Below, piece by piece: positions 26,901 through 39,600 of a stretch of 64,000 bases of DNA. Below the pieces are notes generated by a model. It was given only the letters and a program-made list of their open reading frames with translations. It did no database searches and had not been told where the DNA came from. Origin of the DNA: Geosiphon pyriformis uo1 (lineage: Eukaryota; Fungi; Glomeromycota); assembly GCA_016748015.1 (NCBI GenBank), contig JAAOMT010000430.1:152232-216231 (forward strand). The letters run 5' to 3'. The translations under genes and the position numbers were made by a program. Each line of letters starts with the position of its first letter. The stretch's first letter is position 1.

Positions 26901-29301
26901 TAGATGTACCTCTTAATACTGAAAAGTTATTATCCTGGAAGACATTGAATCTGTTATATGCCAATAAAATACAATCAGACAAAATTTTTGATAGAATTTT
27001 CCTGGCAGTTTTGATTAAAGCTATGGGTTAGGTGTTCATAAGAACCCCATTCCAGTTGTAAGATTTAGGGATTATTGATACCCAAGCCCTCTTCCATAAC
27101 ACAGACACATCACCAAAAGTCAAACATGTATTTAGCAGCACCAAAAGGCATTCCAACACTATTTTACTACCATGTTTCCATAATTTATTAGGAATATCAG
27201 ATAAGCCAGTGGCTTTATCATCAGGCAGACTACCAACAACTGAAAGCAACTTACTCATACTGACTGCACACATCACACCAGAAAAAGCATCATTCCTAAT
27301 ATAGATTAAAGGTATATATTAGTAAGTCCAGTGATTAGATAAAACCGAAAGTACTGAATGTTTCTTTGTCCAACCTTCCATAATCTTATTCACACTCAAT
27401 TTTATTTCTTTCAGCTCCAAAACCAGTTCATTATTTACCACCAAGTGATCCAGAACCACCTTGCAAAAAGGCCACTCCAAAATGCTTTGAATTATACTAT
27501 CTTTATTGGAACAAAAATTTTCCATATGTCTTGCAACCATCTTTCTAATAGAAGCTTTCTTAGCCAGCCTTGATTTATGCATTTTAAACTTTCTGTATTC
27601 TTTACAAGCTAATGATAAATGTTTGAGAACCACCACAGATTTTACCTCTGAACACATCACATTAGTAAAAGCATGAGCCTTAGTGTCATCCAAAGTCGAC
27701 CATATTCTTATGAGATAATTAACTTTAGACATGTCACTAGAGCTAAATTTCCTAACAACTTTGGCAATCAAAAATTCCAAACCAAAAAACTTAGAAGAGT
27801 GTTTATTTCTTAAACACTGAAATTCACTAAACCAATGTCTTAAAAAAACTTTATTAGTTGATTTCACCATTATTCTCTCCAAAATTGCTCACATTACCAT
27901 AGGATTCAGCATCAGAGAATTTGTCAGCAATAATCAAAAGCTTAGCAAAAGAGCAATTTTTAAATTTAGCCCATTTGAAGCTATCAGCATCTTTGATTTT
28001 AATCTTCCAATGATTCTTGTTAGTCTGTTTATGCAAACTATTTAAACAAACATTCAAGAGCCCATCTAAGCCAATTGAAACCAAGACAACATTGTAATTA
28101 ATGTCAAAGAAATTGGACACAGAGCAGACCTAATCACCAACAACAGCAGAAGATAAATTCTCATTAACAAAAATGTAATCAATTGTTTTCTCAACTTCTC
28201 TAGAATTGCTCCATGTGAAAAAGTCTACCAACTAATAGCTGGCAAATGAATTGACCAAACCCAAATTTATACAGAACTTAAAGCTCACACTTTTTTCAGA
28301 CCTATTTTTATTAAAATCCCCACTCAAAATCACAAAAGTGCTGAAGTTGACTGTCTTCACAATTAAAGAGTTTACCTCTAAAGCTTGACCAAACCTAGTT
28401 CCAGAAGAAGCACCAGCATAAAAACCCAAAATTATAATCAAAAGCTTGCCTTTAAATAAAAACTGAACCAAAAAAACTTGACTAAGAACTTCTTTTATCT
28501 TAAACACATAATAAGCCAAAGAATTGTTCATAATTACAGCCACTTCAGCACCAAGGAATTTTTTATTCAAACCAGACATAAAGGCACACACACACTCAAA
28601 TTTATTAACAATTCAAGACTTGACACAAGACTGCAATTTAGTTTTCATAATAAAAGACACAAAACTACCAGAATTTACATGTCAACAGACAATGTTTACT
28701 TGTTTTGTAGAAACATTGATACCTCAGACATTACATGTAGCAAATTTCCAGACCAAATTATTTATGAAAGGGAAAGATTAATAAGAAACCAGAACTCAAA
28801 CACAAGATATTCAATTTTGCCAAGACTGAATTGACTGACACTTCCAGGACTACCATTTTTGATTTCAAACCACTTATCTTAGAGATTAGAATCTTTGAAC
28901 TGCTTGGACCAAATTTATCAATAGACTTGTCAATAATAACTGAGAGAAAAAAAGCAACAGATGACAACACATCATTTACAGCCATATTCGAATCTAAAAC
29001 CAAAGCCACAAGCACAAAAACAGTCAAAGGAGAAGCACAGAAGAAAGATACCAATAGTGCCAATTCAACAAAACTCAACTTTCTTAAAATGCCAAAAATC
29101 TGGTTAGACAAAAGCTCTAAAAAGTGTTCTAAGAACACCAAACAATCATTTAAACAAGAAATTTCAAGAGAATTGGAATTAAACAGAAGTGGCTTCACAC
29201 CCAAAGATGAGCCAGCACCAGAAACAACTAAAAAAAGCATGTGAGAAGAAGCACTACCAACAATCTGAGCCCAAGTTTTACCACCAAAAAAAACTGGACA
29301 A
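23943..29301 (-). mobile_element. LINE: poly(A) tail, ORF2 (APE endonuclease, RT, RNase H, C-terminal CCHC) and 3' end of ORF1; continues at 50142-51304
   Basis: WKFATCNV, ETKL, SGDFN, IDYIF (APE); WLALQDIQKAYNSV, AFVDDTIW (RT); HLNSQAAI (RNase H); CLLCNEVEFSDH. T-run at 23943-23958. Confidence 0.92.
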
Positions 29302-30345
29302 TGTTATGAGTAAACTTAATAGGGTAGGGAGATAGTAATGTTTGGTGTTCTCAATTATTGGTAAGGCATGTTTCGTGTAATTCTGGTGGCTTAATTTTGA
29401 TTATCAGTCTTTGAAAGTCTTTTTTTCTGGTTGTAAATTTACCCATTGAGTTTTTTGGTTATAAGGCACAGAGTTTTGGTTTTTGTTGATTGCAACTTTT
29501 TATAAAGGTAAGCTTTTTTCTCTGAGCTAACAAGCACAGTTATTAGGGTCTGATATTGTCTTTTTACTCTTTTGGTAAGCTATCAAGATAATGTTAATAT
29601 CTAAAAACTTAGGGAGAGCTTTTCTCTTTTACCAGGCTATTATGAAGTCTATTCTCAGACAGTCAATTTTACTATGTTGTTGCTTTACAAGAGAAAAATA
29701 AAAGAAAAAAAAAGAAAATAAAAGAAAAAAAAAAAAATAAAAGAAAAAGATAAATAAGTATTGTTAATTGTCATAATCAAGAGCAATTAGTCCAAATCAT
29801 TAATAGTTCAAAGTGGTTATGCTAAAAACATCTGTCCTGAAACAAAGATATGAAACAATAGTTAATTCATGTAAATTCCACAAAGTTTGAGAACATGAAT
29901 TTGTAATTTTGATTTCTTAATAATTGATTTATTTCAGAAGATGAATATAGAATATAATAAATAATGAAAGAGTATGGATATTTGATTCTTGTTTAGTGGT
30001 TTGTATCTATTTGTCCTGTTTTTTTCTATCTTCTACAACTACTTACTTTTATACATTTTTTTGGTTTTATAGAATTGTTTCTGATTGTTTTATTATTGCT
30101 AACTATTGCTTTGTTATTTCTGTTATTGCTTTGTTTTTCTATGTTATTACTAGTTATCCTATGTTATAACATATTATCTGGTATTATTACATGTTATTCT
30201 GTGTTATTCTATATTATAACACATTATTCTGTACTATCTTAAGTTATAATGCATTATTCAACATTATTGTACACTATTCTGTGTTATGTCATGTTTTGGT
30301 CACGTTTCTTCATAACTTTGGATCAGTTTTTCTACTCAGATAACA
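29302..30345 (-). repeat. 3' LTR of element B
   Basis: TGTTA...TAACA termini; direct repeat of 49098-50141. Confidence 0.92.
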
Positions 30346-30358
30346 TTATTTCTCTCTT

Positions 30359-31094
30359 TTAGAATTGAGCTTCTGTGAAATTATATGTATCTGTTCCTAT
30401 GTCTTTGTTTGTGTAATGTTTGATGGTCATGTCGAGTATTGTTTTTCGTAGGTCTTCAAACTGTTAATTGGTTATTTGTCCTATGTTGTTAACTATTATA
30501 GTCTTTATAGATCCATACAATAGTATATTTGAACAATGTTGGAAAGTAACATGTAATCAGTATGCTGCTTTATATATAGGATTAGGTTGCTTCTTTTTAT
30601 GAATTTTTCTACTTGTTGCATTGTTTCTTTATTGAAAGTTTTTTGGCTAAAGTCTCTATATGGTATCTTTAAGTCTAATTGTTCACCTATTTTGTAGAAC
30701 CAATAAGCTGGAAGAAGTCTTTCTTTCTATTCTTTTGCATTGTCTAGTGTCTATTCTTTTGTTTCAGGAAATCAATCCCATGAGATAAAACTTCTTTAAT
30801 TTTTTTGAGCTCAGGGACCAAGTATTTTCTTTTATAAACTTTTTCTCATTCCTCCACTCTTTCTTCAAGCTCCACTCAAGACAATTTAATTTCTTTTTGT
30901 AAAATTCCTTTCTTGGGCAAAGTGTAGGGATAGAAATAGTTAGTTCTAGTTGAACTTACACCTATCTCTTTCTTGCTTCTATCTTTATAGCATATTTTTT
31001 TTCTATTGATTGTCACTTCTATTTGAGCAGAAGATTATTGAATTGTATCAAATAGTTGTTTCGAAAGTTGTAGAATTTAATCTGACAAGTTCAT
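30359..31094 (-). pseudogene. ORF3 of element B (MNLSD.ILQLSKQLFDTI...YNFTEAQF*)
   Basis: TATATA about 40 nt upstream (31135-31140); stop codon abuts the PPT; homologous to the other ORF3 copies. Confidence 0.68.
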
Positions 31095-31155
31095 GTTAAA
31101 AGTTCTATTATTTCTTGCTGTTTTTCAAATGCTATATATATTTGAATTTCCTAAT

Positions 31156-32540
31156 TTAATTTGCTGCATGTTGTCTATGTTTTGATGATGATGATTGGTC
31201 CCAGATCTTGTGGTATATCTTCTGGTCTGATTAATGAAATTTGTATTCTTAGTTGAAGTACTAATAATGATGATTTTTGTTTTACATGATAAATTTTTAA
31301 CCAATTTTCATGTATTACTTTCTTTAAAATCCTGTCTTCCAATCGTAATTTGTAAGCTCTATTTTCTAAAGCTTTGTGTATATGGAATAGACCATTCTAC
31401 TTTGGGTTGAACTTTTCATTCCACTGTTTCTTAGCTTTTGTACGATGTAATAATACTTGGTCTCCAATCTTAAATTTCATTGGTTGTTCTAGTAGGTAAT
31501 TATTATGCCTTTCTTTTTGTTGTTCTTAAGTGTAACTAATATTGTCAGCTGCTGTTCTTTAATTGTTTTCCAATGTTTTTATTAGCTGATATGTTCTTTG
31601 GTGTAAAATAGCTTCAAAATTCTTTTTGTTGATTTTTTTGTTGAGTATGATGATATTACTTGTTCAATTGGTAACATAGTTTTTCTTTCATAGACTAGTT
31701 TGAATGGTATAAACTGAGTCATATTTTGTTTTAATGTTTAGTATGCAAAGAGTACAAAAGATATGAATAAGTCCCATTTTTATTTGTTTTTATGACTTAT
31801 TTTTGCTAGTATTTCACACAGTGTTTGGTTAAATCATTCTACCAGTTTATTTATTTGTGGATGGTATGGTAATAATAAAAATCACTTTATTCTAAACTGT
31901 TGCTTAATTCAGTTAACATATTATTAACAAAATGTGTTCTCTAATCAGATAATAATTCTTTCAGGCATCCATGTCAGCAAATTAGGTCTTGATGCACAAA
32001 TTTGGCTATTGTTTTGGTGTTGGCCACTTGGATTGCTCTGGCTTTTAGCCATTTTGTAAGATAATCTATAGCTACAGCAATATAATGATTTCCTTTGGAT
32101 ATTATAAAGAAAGAACCAACCAAATTGATTCCAATTTTATCAAATAGATTTCCAACTGGAATGGGTTAAAGTGGTTCTATTGTTCTGGCTCCTTCTCTTC
32201 ACTGACATAAATCATAATTAAGCACATATTCAAAAATGTCTTTGTACATTGTTGGCCAATAGTATAAATTTAGAGTTCTTTTAAGAGTGGCATCTTTGTT
32301 AAAGTGTTTTGCAATTGGATCAGAATACATACTATGTAATATAGTTTCCTTTTCATTGTTTTTTATAACTCGTTGTGGGGTGGGGCAGTTTTAATGTTTT
32401 TGTCGATATAGTTGATTGTCTTAAATAAAATAATTTCGGGCTTGTTTTCATATAGTACTTTGTTCCTATTGAAATAATATTTCCTTGAAACATAGTGTCA
32501 ATAAGTACTAATGTAGTCATTGATAAGTAAATGTGTCCAT
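31156..32540 (-). pseudogene. int: Separately encoded integrase of element B
   Basis: ATG GAC ACA TTT ACT TAT 10 nt after the RNase H stop; IGINLVG, YLTKW, TPFKLVY, FKIGDQVLL. Confidence 0.82.
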
Positions 32541-32550
32541 GGGTCTGGGA

Positions 32551-35500
32551 TTAGTTTTGTGGTATTCTCAACAAACTGTTGGCATTGGTGTTCTTAGATT
32601 CTTCCTTGTAATAGACTTTAAGTGAAAATTGCTGCAGATAAGTATTTCATCTTGCATATTTTCCTTCCAGTTGTGGGTTATTGAGTAACCAGATAAGTTC
32701 CTTATAATCTGTATATAGGTCAAATGGTTGACTGAGGTAGTGTTTTCACATTTGTACTGCCCAATAGATGGCGAGGCATTCTAGATCTATTGTGCTGTAG
32801 ATTTTTTCAGCTGGATTTGTGCTATAACTAGCATATATAATTGGATGTTCCCTGTTGTCTGGTCTTATTTGCAACAAGACAGCTTCTAGTGTATTCTTTG
32901 AGGCATCTGTAGTGACAATGAAATGTTTAGTGAAATTGGAGTAGATCAATATTGGAGATATAATTAATTACTGCTTAAGATAGTCAAAGGCTTTTTGTTG
33001 ATCTTCTTTCCACAGATATGGCATGTATTTGGACAACAAGTGGTGAAAAAGTTTTGTAATAATTGAAAATATTTTGACGAATTGGCAGTAGTATCCTGTC
33101 AAATTTAAAAATTCTCATAACTCTTAAAGATTGATTAGGGCTGAAAAATCTTTAACTTTTTAGACTTTGCTTGGATCAAATTTGACTCTGTTTTTGCTAA
33201 TCACGTGTTCTAAGAATTTCAACTTGGTTTTTTCAAAGAAACATTTCTCAGGATTGAGTTTTAATCCAGCATTTTGAAGGTGTTCAAAAACTTATTAAAG
33301 GTGGAGCAGATAATTGTTGAACATTTTAGAGAATACATTTGTGTTGTCTAAGTAAACTACAACTGATTTTCAAAGAATTTTTTTGTACATGACATCTATA
33401 AGATGTTAGAATATGGCAGGAGTATTGTAAAATCTGAAGAGTATTACATTAAACTTGAAGTTTGTGTCTTAAGTAGTAAATGCTGTTTTTTCTTTATCTT
33501 TAGGATCCATTTTGATCTGCCAATATTCGCTGGCTAGGTTTAATGACAAAAACTATTTTTTTTTTTCTGGATTGTTCAGAATTTTTTGGATGAGGGGAGT
33601 AAGATAACTATCTCCTCAGATGATGCTATTTAATTTTTAGTAATCCATACAGAATCGTATTTTTTCATTTTTTTTGGTAACCAAGACTACTGGGGAGGAC
33701 TAAAGGCTTAACAATTTTTTGATTAAGCCATTTTCAAGCATTTGTTGAACTTCTTGTTTGATAAGATTGTCACCAGATGGAAATATTCAGTAAGTCTGTT
33801 GTTTAATAGATCGAGTGTCTCCCATATCAATCTGATGTTTCATAATGTTGGTGTGTCTGAACTTATTTTTGCTGGCAAAAACATCAGTGTATTGATTCAA
33901 GAGAACCTTGAGTTGCATTTGCTGTAGGGTACTTAAGTTCCTGAGATTCAATTTATTGATCTCTTCTGACATAAACAGATAACTTTCTTTTAGTAAGTTC
34001 TATACTTGTAAGGTAATATCACAAAATAAGAATAGCTGTGTAAAATCTGGAATGGGCTGGAGTTTTTTGGAATGTTGGATGTCTAGTGAAATAGAACCAA
34101 TAAAGATCTTTTTGAGGATTTTAATTACATTTTCTGTGGAGTTGTGGATAGAGATTTTGAAGTGTTTATAGACTTTGGCTAATAGATATAAGTTAGCAAC
34201 ATTGACTAGAGAACAGATTTTAGGATTGGCTTCAAATAACAGGGCTTAATTTTGGATCTTTCAATTTATTTTGAGGATGTATTGTCAGTAAGTGGGGATA
34301 AAAATGACTGTGTCGGTGTAAATAAGTTTTACTTGATTACTATCTTCCTCTGTGAAGTTGATTGGTACATTTTCTCTTTTACTTGATTCAAACCCATTGA
34401 TTTTTTGGGCAGTGAGATCTAATTCTTCTTGGGTTGTTATTGAAATTAATTGGGATATTTTGATTAGGAGTAGAAAAATAGCTTGGGCAATTTTTTCTTG
34501 TGATTCTATTTTGTAGGGTTTGTTCAAATTGTTCTGTAATATCACTATAATGTTTTTTATATAACCAGCATTAATGATTTCTCTCTTTATGTCAATTTCT
34601 TTCTTGGTTAGACTAGATTGAGAGGCAACTTGTATCATTGTACTGACAGGAATTTCTAATGCTATCTTAAGATCTATTTTTACAAGGGAATGTGGAGCTA
34701 TAATTATGAATGATTATCTGGAATATTGTAAGTCAAAACCAGCATCAGTATTATGCACTCTTTCAGGGCAGATTTTTTTCTCATTGTTACTATACTATTT
34801 TAATTCTAATTCTTTGGATAGGTCGGGATATGCGAGATACTGTTTTGTTTTAGTATCCTCAGTTGGATCTTGAAATGACATGTTTTCAATGATTAATTCT
34901 TTTTCTACCTCAGGTTCTAGTAATTTGATGATATAGTTTTTATGAAGGTGGGTGGAACATGATATCGCATTTGTTGCAGTACTAAAAGTTACAAGAGATC
35001 AAACAATGATCACACAGTTTCATGTTTAGGTCAGCTAGCCTTTGTTTTTGCTCTTCTCTAGTTGGTGCCAGGTTCTGGTAGTGCTTATAGAAGTATTTTA
35101 GATTGTTTTTAATGTTGTCAAAAATGTTAAAAGTCATAATATATTCGAATTCTAAAAGAGATAAGGGATTGTTTTTGATTTCTAATAATTCTCTGATTGT
35201 AGCACTCTTTGCTTTCACACTTGCCATTCTCCAAATCTTATGTTCATTGTGGGGATACCCATCCAATTATCATAACACTTATTTTTAGGCATCATCGATT
35301 GGAGTTCTTTTTTGTATCCAATTATTGATCAAGATGGTATATTGACATGCTTTGTCACATGTTTCTCCTTTGCCAAAAACATCATTCCATAGTCCTTCAT
35401 CTGGCAGGATTTCACCACAGGCAAGGCATGGTATATTGTCTCATTTACCTTGTTATTTTGGTCTGCCAAATCTTTTTAACACACAAGATCTGCAGTAATG

Positions 35501-35721
35501 TTTGGTAGCAGTTGGCCATTCTTCGTTGTCTTTAATACATGTGCCCATAGAAGATAATTTTTTTCTACAGTTAACACAAATTAATTTTGGGGTTTGATAT
35601 TATTGACTTCCTTGACTTGGGGCAGAATAATCTACAGGTGTTGATTGTAGTTTTTTTTCTGCTTTTCTCTTTTCCTTTTTTTTCCAAGTTGGTGTTGGGG
35701 GTAACTCTGTTTGGTAATCAT
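32551..35721 (-). pseudogene. pol: Element B pol 3' part: Cys-rich domain, dUTPase, RT, RNase H
   Basis: CLAC, LCDHCLISCNF, AGFDL, SQSSL, IINAGY, IAQAI, TTDASK, DLECLAI. Confidence 0.85.
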
Positions 35722-35725
35722 CCAC

Positions 35726-36554
35726 TGTTACAGTTTAAGAATTTAGCAAAAAGAATCATAAAAATAATACAAACTATTCAATCATAATATAGCACAGTAA
35801 TAATCTTAGAAAGGTAATGATTAACATAATAGCAAACACCATCTCGCGATAGTGGCAAGCACCAGTTCACAATAGCAGCCAACACCAACTGGTGATAGCA
35901 GCAAGCACCAGGTTGAAATATTAAAAAGAAAGTATTTTCTCGTAGAACTACAAACATGTATATATACAGTAGTTTTAATATTGAGAAAGAATCAATCAAG
36001 TAATAAAAATCATAACTTATCAAGCAATAGATCCAAATTAAATATCCCAAGAAACTTTTAAAAATCAAAAAGAAATGAAAAAGAATATTTAAAACGGAAC
36101 TATCACAACCCAAAGTATTAAGAAACTTACTTGTATTATTTATTGAATGAAACTATCATTCATCAACTGAATCCCTTGGAAGAATAATCCTTGATCAAGA
36201 TTATTCATGTTGTTACTAATTGATAAAAGCTTTATTGTGAGAATTAGAAAAGCGCTAAAGACCATTAACATTCTGTGTTTCTAGATTAGAGAAACACATC
36301 AGGCAATTGCAAGGATAGCCTCAGAGAAGACCCCAGACAGTGGGTAGATTTCAGTTCAGCCTCTGAGAAGGAGTACATAAACACACACAACAATCAAGAA
36401 TTAAAGAATAACTTACATCGCAACAGTAAAAAGAAAGCCTTCAGTGTAACAGTGACATTATCACACAAATAGAATTGAGGAACTCACGAAAGACTGATTG
36501 CAATTAAAGCAGGATATCAGCAATTAAATATAACAAGAGAACCATCCCGTAACA
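35726..36554 (+). repeat. 5' LTR of element C
   Basis: Direct repeat of 45055-45143 plus 45618-46408; contains TATATATA and AATAAA. Confidence 0.95.
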
Positions 36555-36556
36555 TT

Positions 36557-36573
36557 TGGTGAACCCTACGAGG
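36557..36573 (+). promoter_or_regulatory. Primer binding site TGGTGAACCCTACGAGG
   Basis: TGG starts after a 2-nt spacer from the LTR end and is complementary to a tRNA CCA end; tRNA identity unknown. Confidence 0.7.
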
Positions 36574-36635
36574 AAAGAAAATCAAAAAGGAAATAATAAT
36601 TAGCAATAATTCATTGCTAAAAAGGAAAGACAAAA

Positions 36636-39600
36636 GTGGCGACAAAAACCCCTAATCTTACTGTTCTTGAATTCTGCCGTGCTATTTACACACAAAATCA
36701 AAGTGATCTTGGATTACCAGAAGGGTGTTGTCCAGCAGAATCTGCCCTTACTTATTATATCAACGCCAAAATAAATTATCATATAGGAAAGGAAGAAGAA
36801 CCACACGACGCAAAACTTGGATTGTATAGAGAATTATCACAATACACTACAAAAGAAGTAGCAGTAATAGCCGCAACTATTATCAAAATCCATCGAGAAA
36901 TTGAGCAATACGCCAACAAAAATTTTCCAATATCCACAGGAAACACTAGGGAATGCGCCAACAAAACCAAAGAAAATTTAGAAACTAATCAGGAAAGTAA
37001 CCAGCAAAAACTAGAAACACCAGCTCAAACGCTAAAGAAAACTGTCACTCAATCAATAAAGAAACAACATATTTATTCATCAGAAGATAAATCATACCAT
37101 TTTTCACCAGAAAATAAAATACAAATTCCATTAGGAGCTGCATCATTATCAACATCAACTCCACAAACGCTAAGAACTCCTAGTTATATTGATAAAATTA
37201 AACAACGTAACTGGGGAGACATACCAATTACAGGAGGATATTCATCACTATTCCAAAACCCTCTTTTTCAGCCAAAATTTAGAATGGGGTTTGAAAACCG
37301 TGAAGAGGAGTCTGAATTAGAATCCGAAAAAGAGACCAGCGAAAAAACAATCACAAGACCAGTCACTAGAACAAGCAGCCAGTCCAAAAACCAAGAAACT
37401 CATGATCAAAAGGAAGAACCGGATATAAGGAAAGCCACCTTTAGGAATGCTCAAGGAAATATCATCCCACCTTCTCTTAGACCAATAAACCCACCAGCAG
37501 AAAACGGCAATGAAATGACCACACCATACATTGCAAGACTAACAGATTTCTCAGGAGAGGAAGAAGAAACGGACGTGCACACATGGCTCAGAGAAGCACA
37601 AAAAGCCATCCAGGCAAATAACTGGAATGACCAAAGAGCAATTCAAACATTACCTTTCTTCCTGAAAGGCACAGCCGACTTGTGATATCAAAGCCTGGAA
37701 ACAAAACCCACGAGCTTTACCAAATTTAAAAATGCACTCCTGGAGTATTTTAGCGACCCAAATGCCGTAATCCAACTACAGAACAAATTCAATACTATCA
37801 AGCAAAATACCGGTGAAACTGTCACCCAATACCTTGCTCGATTCAATCGAATTCGCTGTCAGATTGAAGCAATTGAACAAGGATACTACACTGATTCTCA
37901 GGTTTTAAATCAGTTTATTAGAGGATTAAAAAGCAGCATTTTAGGAAGAGTACGCCCTGCCTACCCTAATTCCTTACCAGAAGCCGTTACGCTCGCCAGA
38001 GCCCTTGAATCAGCTGAGAAAGAAGCTAATCATAGTCAAATGGTTAACATGGTAATGGAGGAAAATAAGACAGAAACATTAGAGAAAAGAGTAACACGAT
38101 TAGGGGAAGAACTCTCTAAGAAAATAGAAAGTTACCTCATCCCGGATCCGAGAAAAAATACATACCAACCACCCCAAAGACACAGCCAGGAAGTCAGCAA
38201 CAGTCGAAATAATCACTCGTCGTGCCAGGAATTCAGAACAGAAAAACACGCCTGCCATTTTTGCAAACGCGTAGGACATTTGATTAGTCAATGTCGAACG
38301 TGAATGATGCAGGAAGCACGCGAAAATAATTACTACGTGCCACCCCAAATGCCCAGAAACCAGTACACACCAATACCACGCCAATATCCCACCACGTATC
38401 AAAATCAAGGAGCTTACCAGCAACAGCCCATGATAGCCAACCCGAATTGGCGTCCCGAGATCCAAAATCAGCCCATGTGGAACCAGAATGCGTTGGTCCA
38501 GAGGAATCCAAACCGCGCCGGAACCAATCAGCAAACCAATCCAAACTACCAAAATTATCAACAAACTTATCTTAATATACTGGAAAACCTGATCATCGGA
38601 AACAATGATGGTAGAAACATAAACAGAACCAAGAATTCCTCCAAATTGAGCCAGACAATACCACCAGCAGTTGCCACTGAAGATAGCAGCCTCGCAGCTA
38701 TTTTTTCTTTTGAATTAGAGGAAAACGAGGCTATGTTCAGTGGAGCAGCATTGGACGAAAAACGCCCAATCACTGCTATGTATACAGAAGCCACTGTAAA
38801 CAATACCCCAATCAAACTTATCTTAGACAGCGGATCCGCTGGAAGCATTATAACGCTTCAACTAGTAAACCAACTGGGTTTCAAAGTTGATCGTGCCACG
38901 ACGTCCCAAATCATAACAGCCAATGGAAGTACAAAGCTGCCTTATGGCGAAATCGACTCATTCCCTTTCGAAATTAACGGCATAGTAATATCTACAAAAG
39001 TATTAGTAATGGACGCTACACAATATCAAGCGTTAGTAGGGAATGACTGGTTAACAAAAGCCAACGCCACCCTAGACTGGACCACCCAAGAGCTTCTGAT
39101 CAATTATAATGGCCACCAGGCCAAAATTCCAGCCACCTGTGGCCACTTCCAAAAACCCAGCGCCAACCAAAGACCTACCTTCGAATTTGAGGAAAATCCA
39201 GCACTACCAGTCATCGAAACCTATCAGCTCTCTTGGGCTGATGACCAAAGAACAGGACTACCAGCCATACCAATGTGGACCAGCGAAGAAAGATCCAAAT
39301 AGAACCAGGTAAGTTCACGAAGAAACCACCAGCGACGCAGACCAAAGCTAGAATGCTCGGTTTGCAAGAAGAAACTCTCGTCTATGACTGCGTGCAGCGC
39401 ACCGGACGAAGACCCAAGAAACTCCACCCACTACTATTGTAACCGTTGTAACAAAGAAAAATACGGTTACCCAGAAAGACACGGAAAATGGGACGAGGAA
39501 CCGTGCCTCGCTTGTGGAGAACCATTACCAAGAGGGTGCGACTGGAACGACTTACCAGGCAGAGGAAGAACATGTGATGCAACTTGCCAATACACAATCC

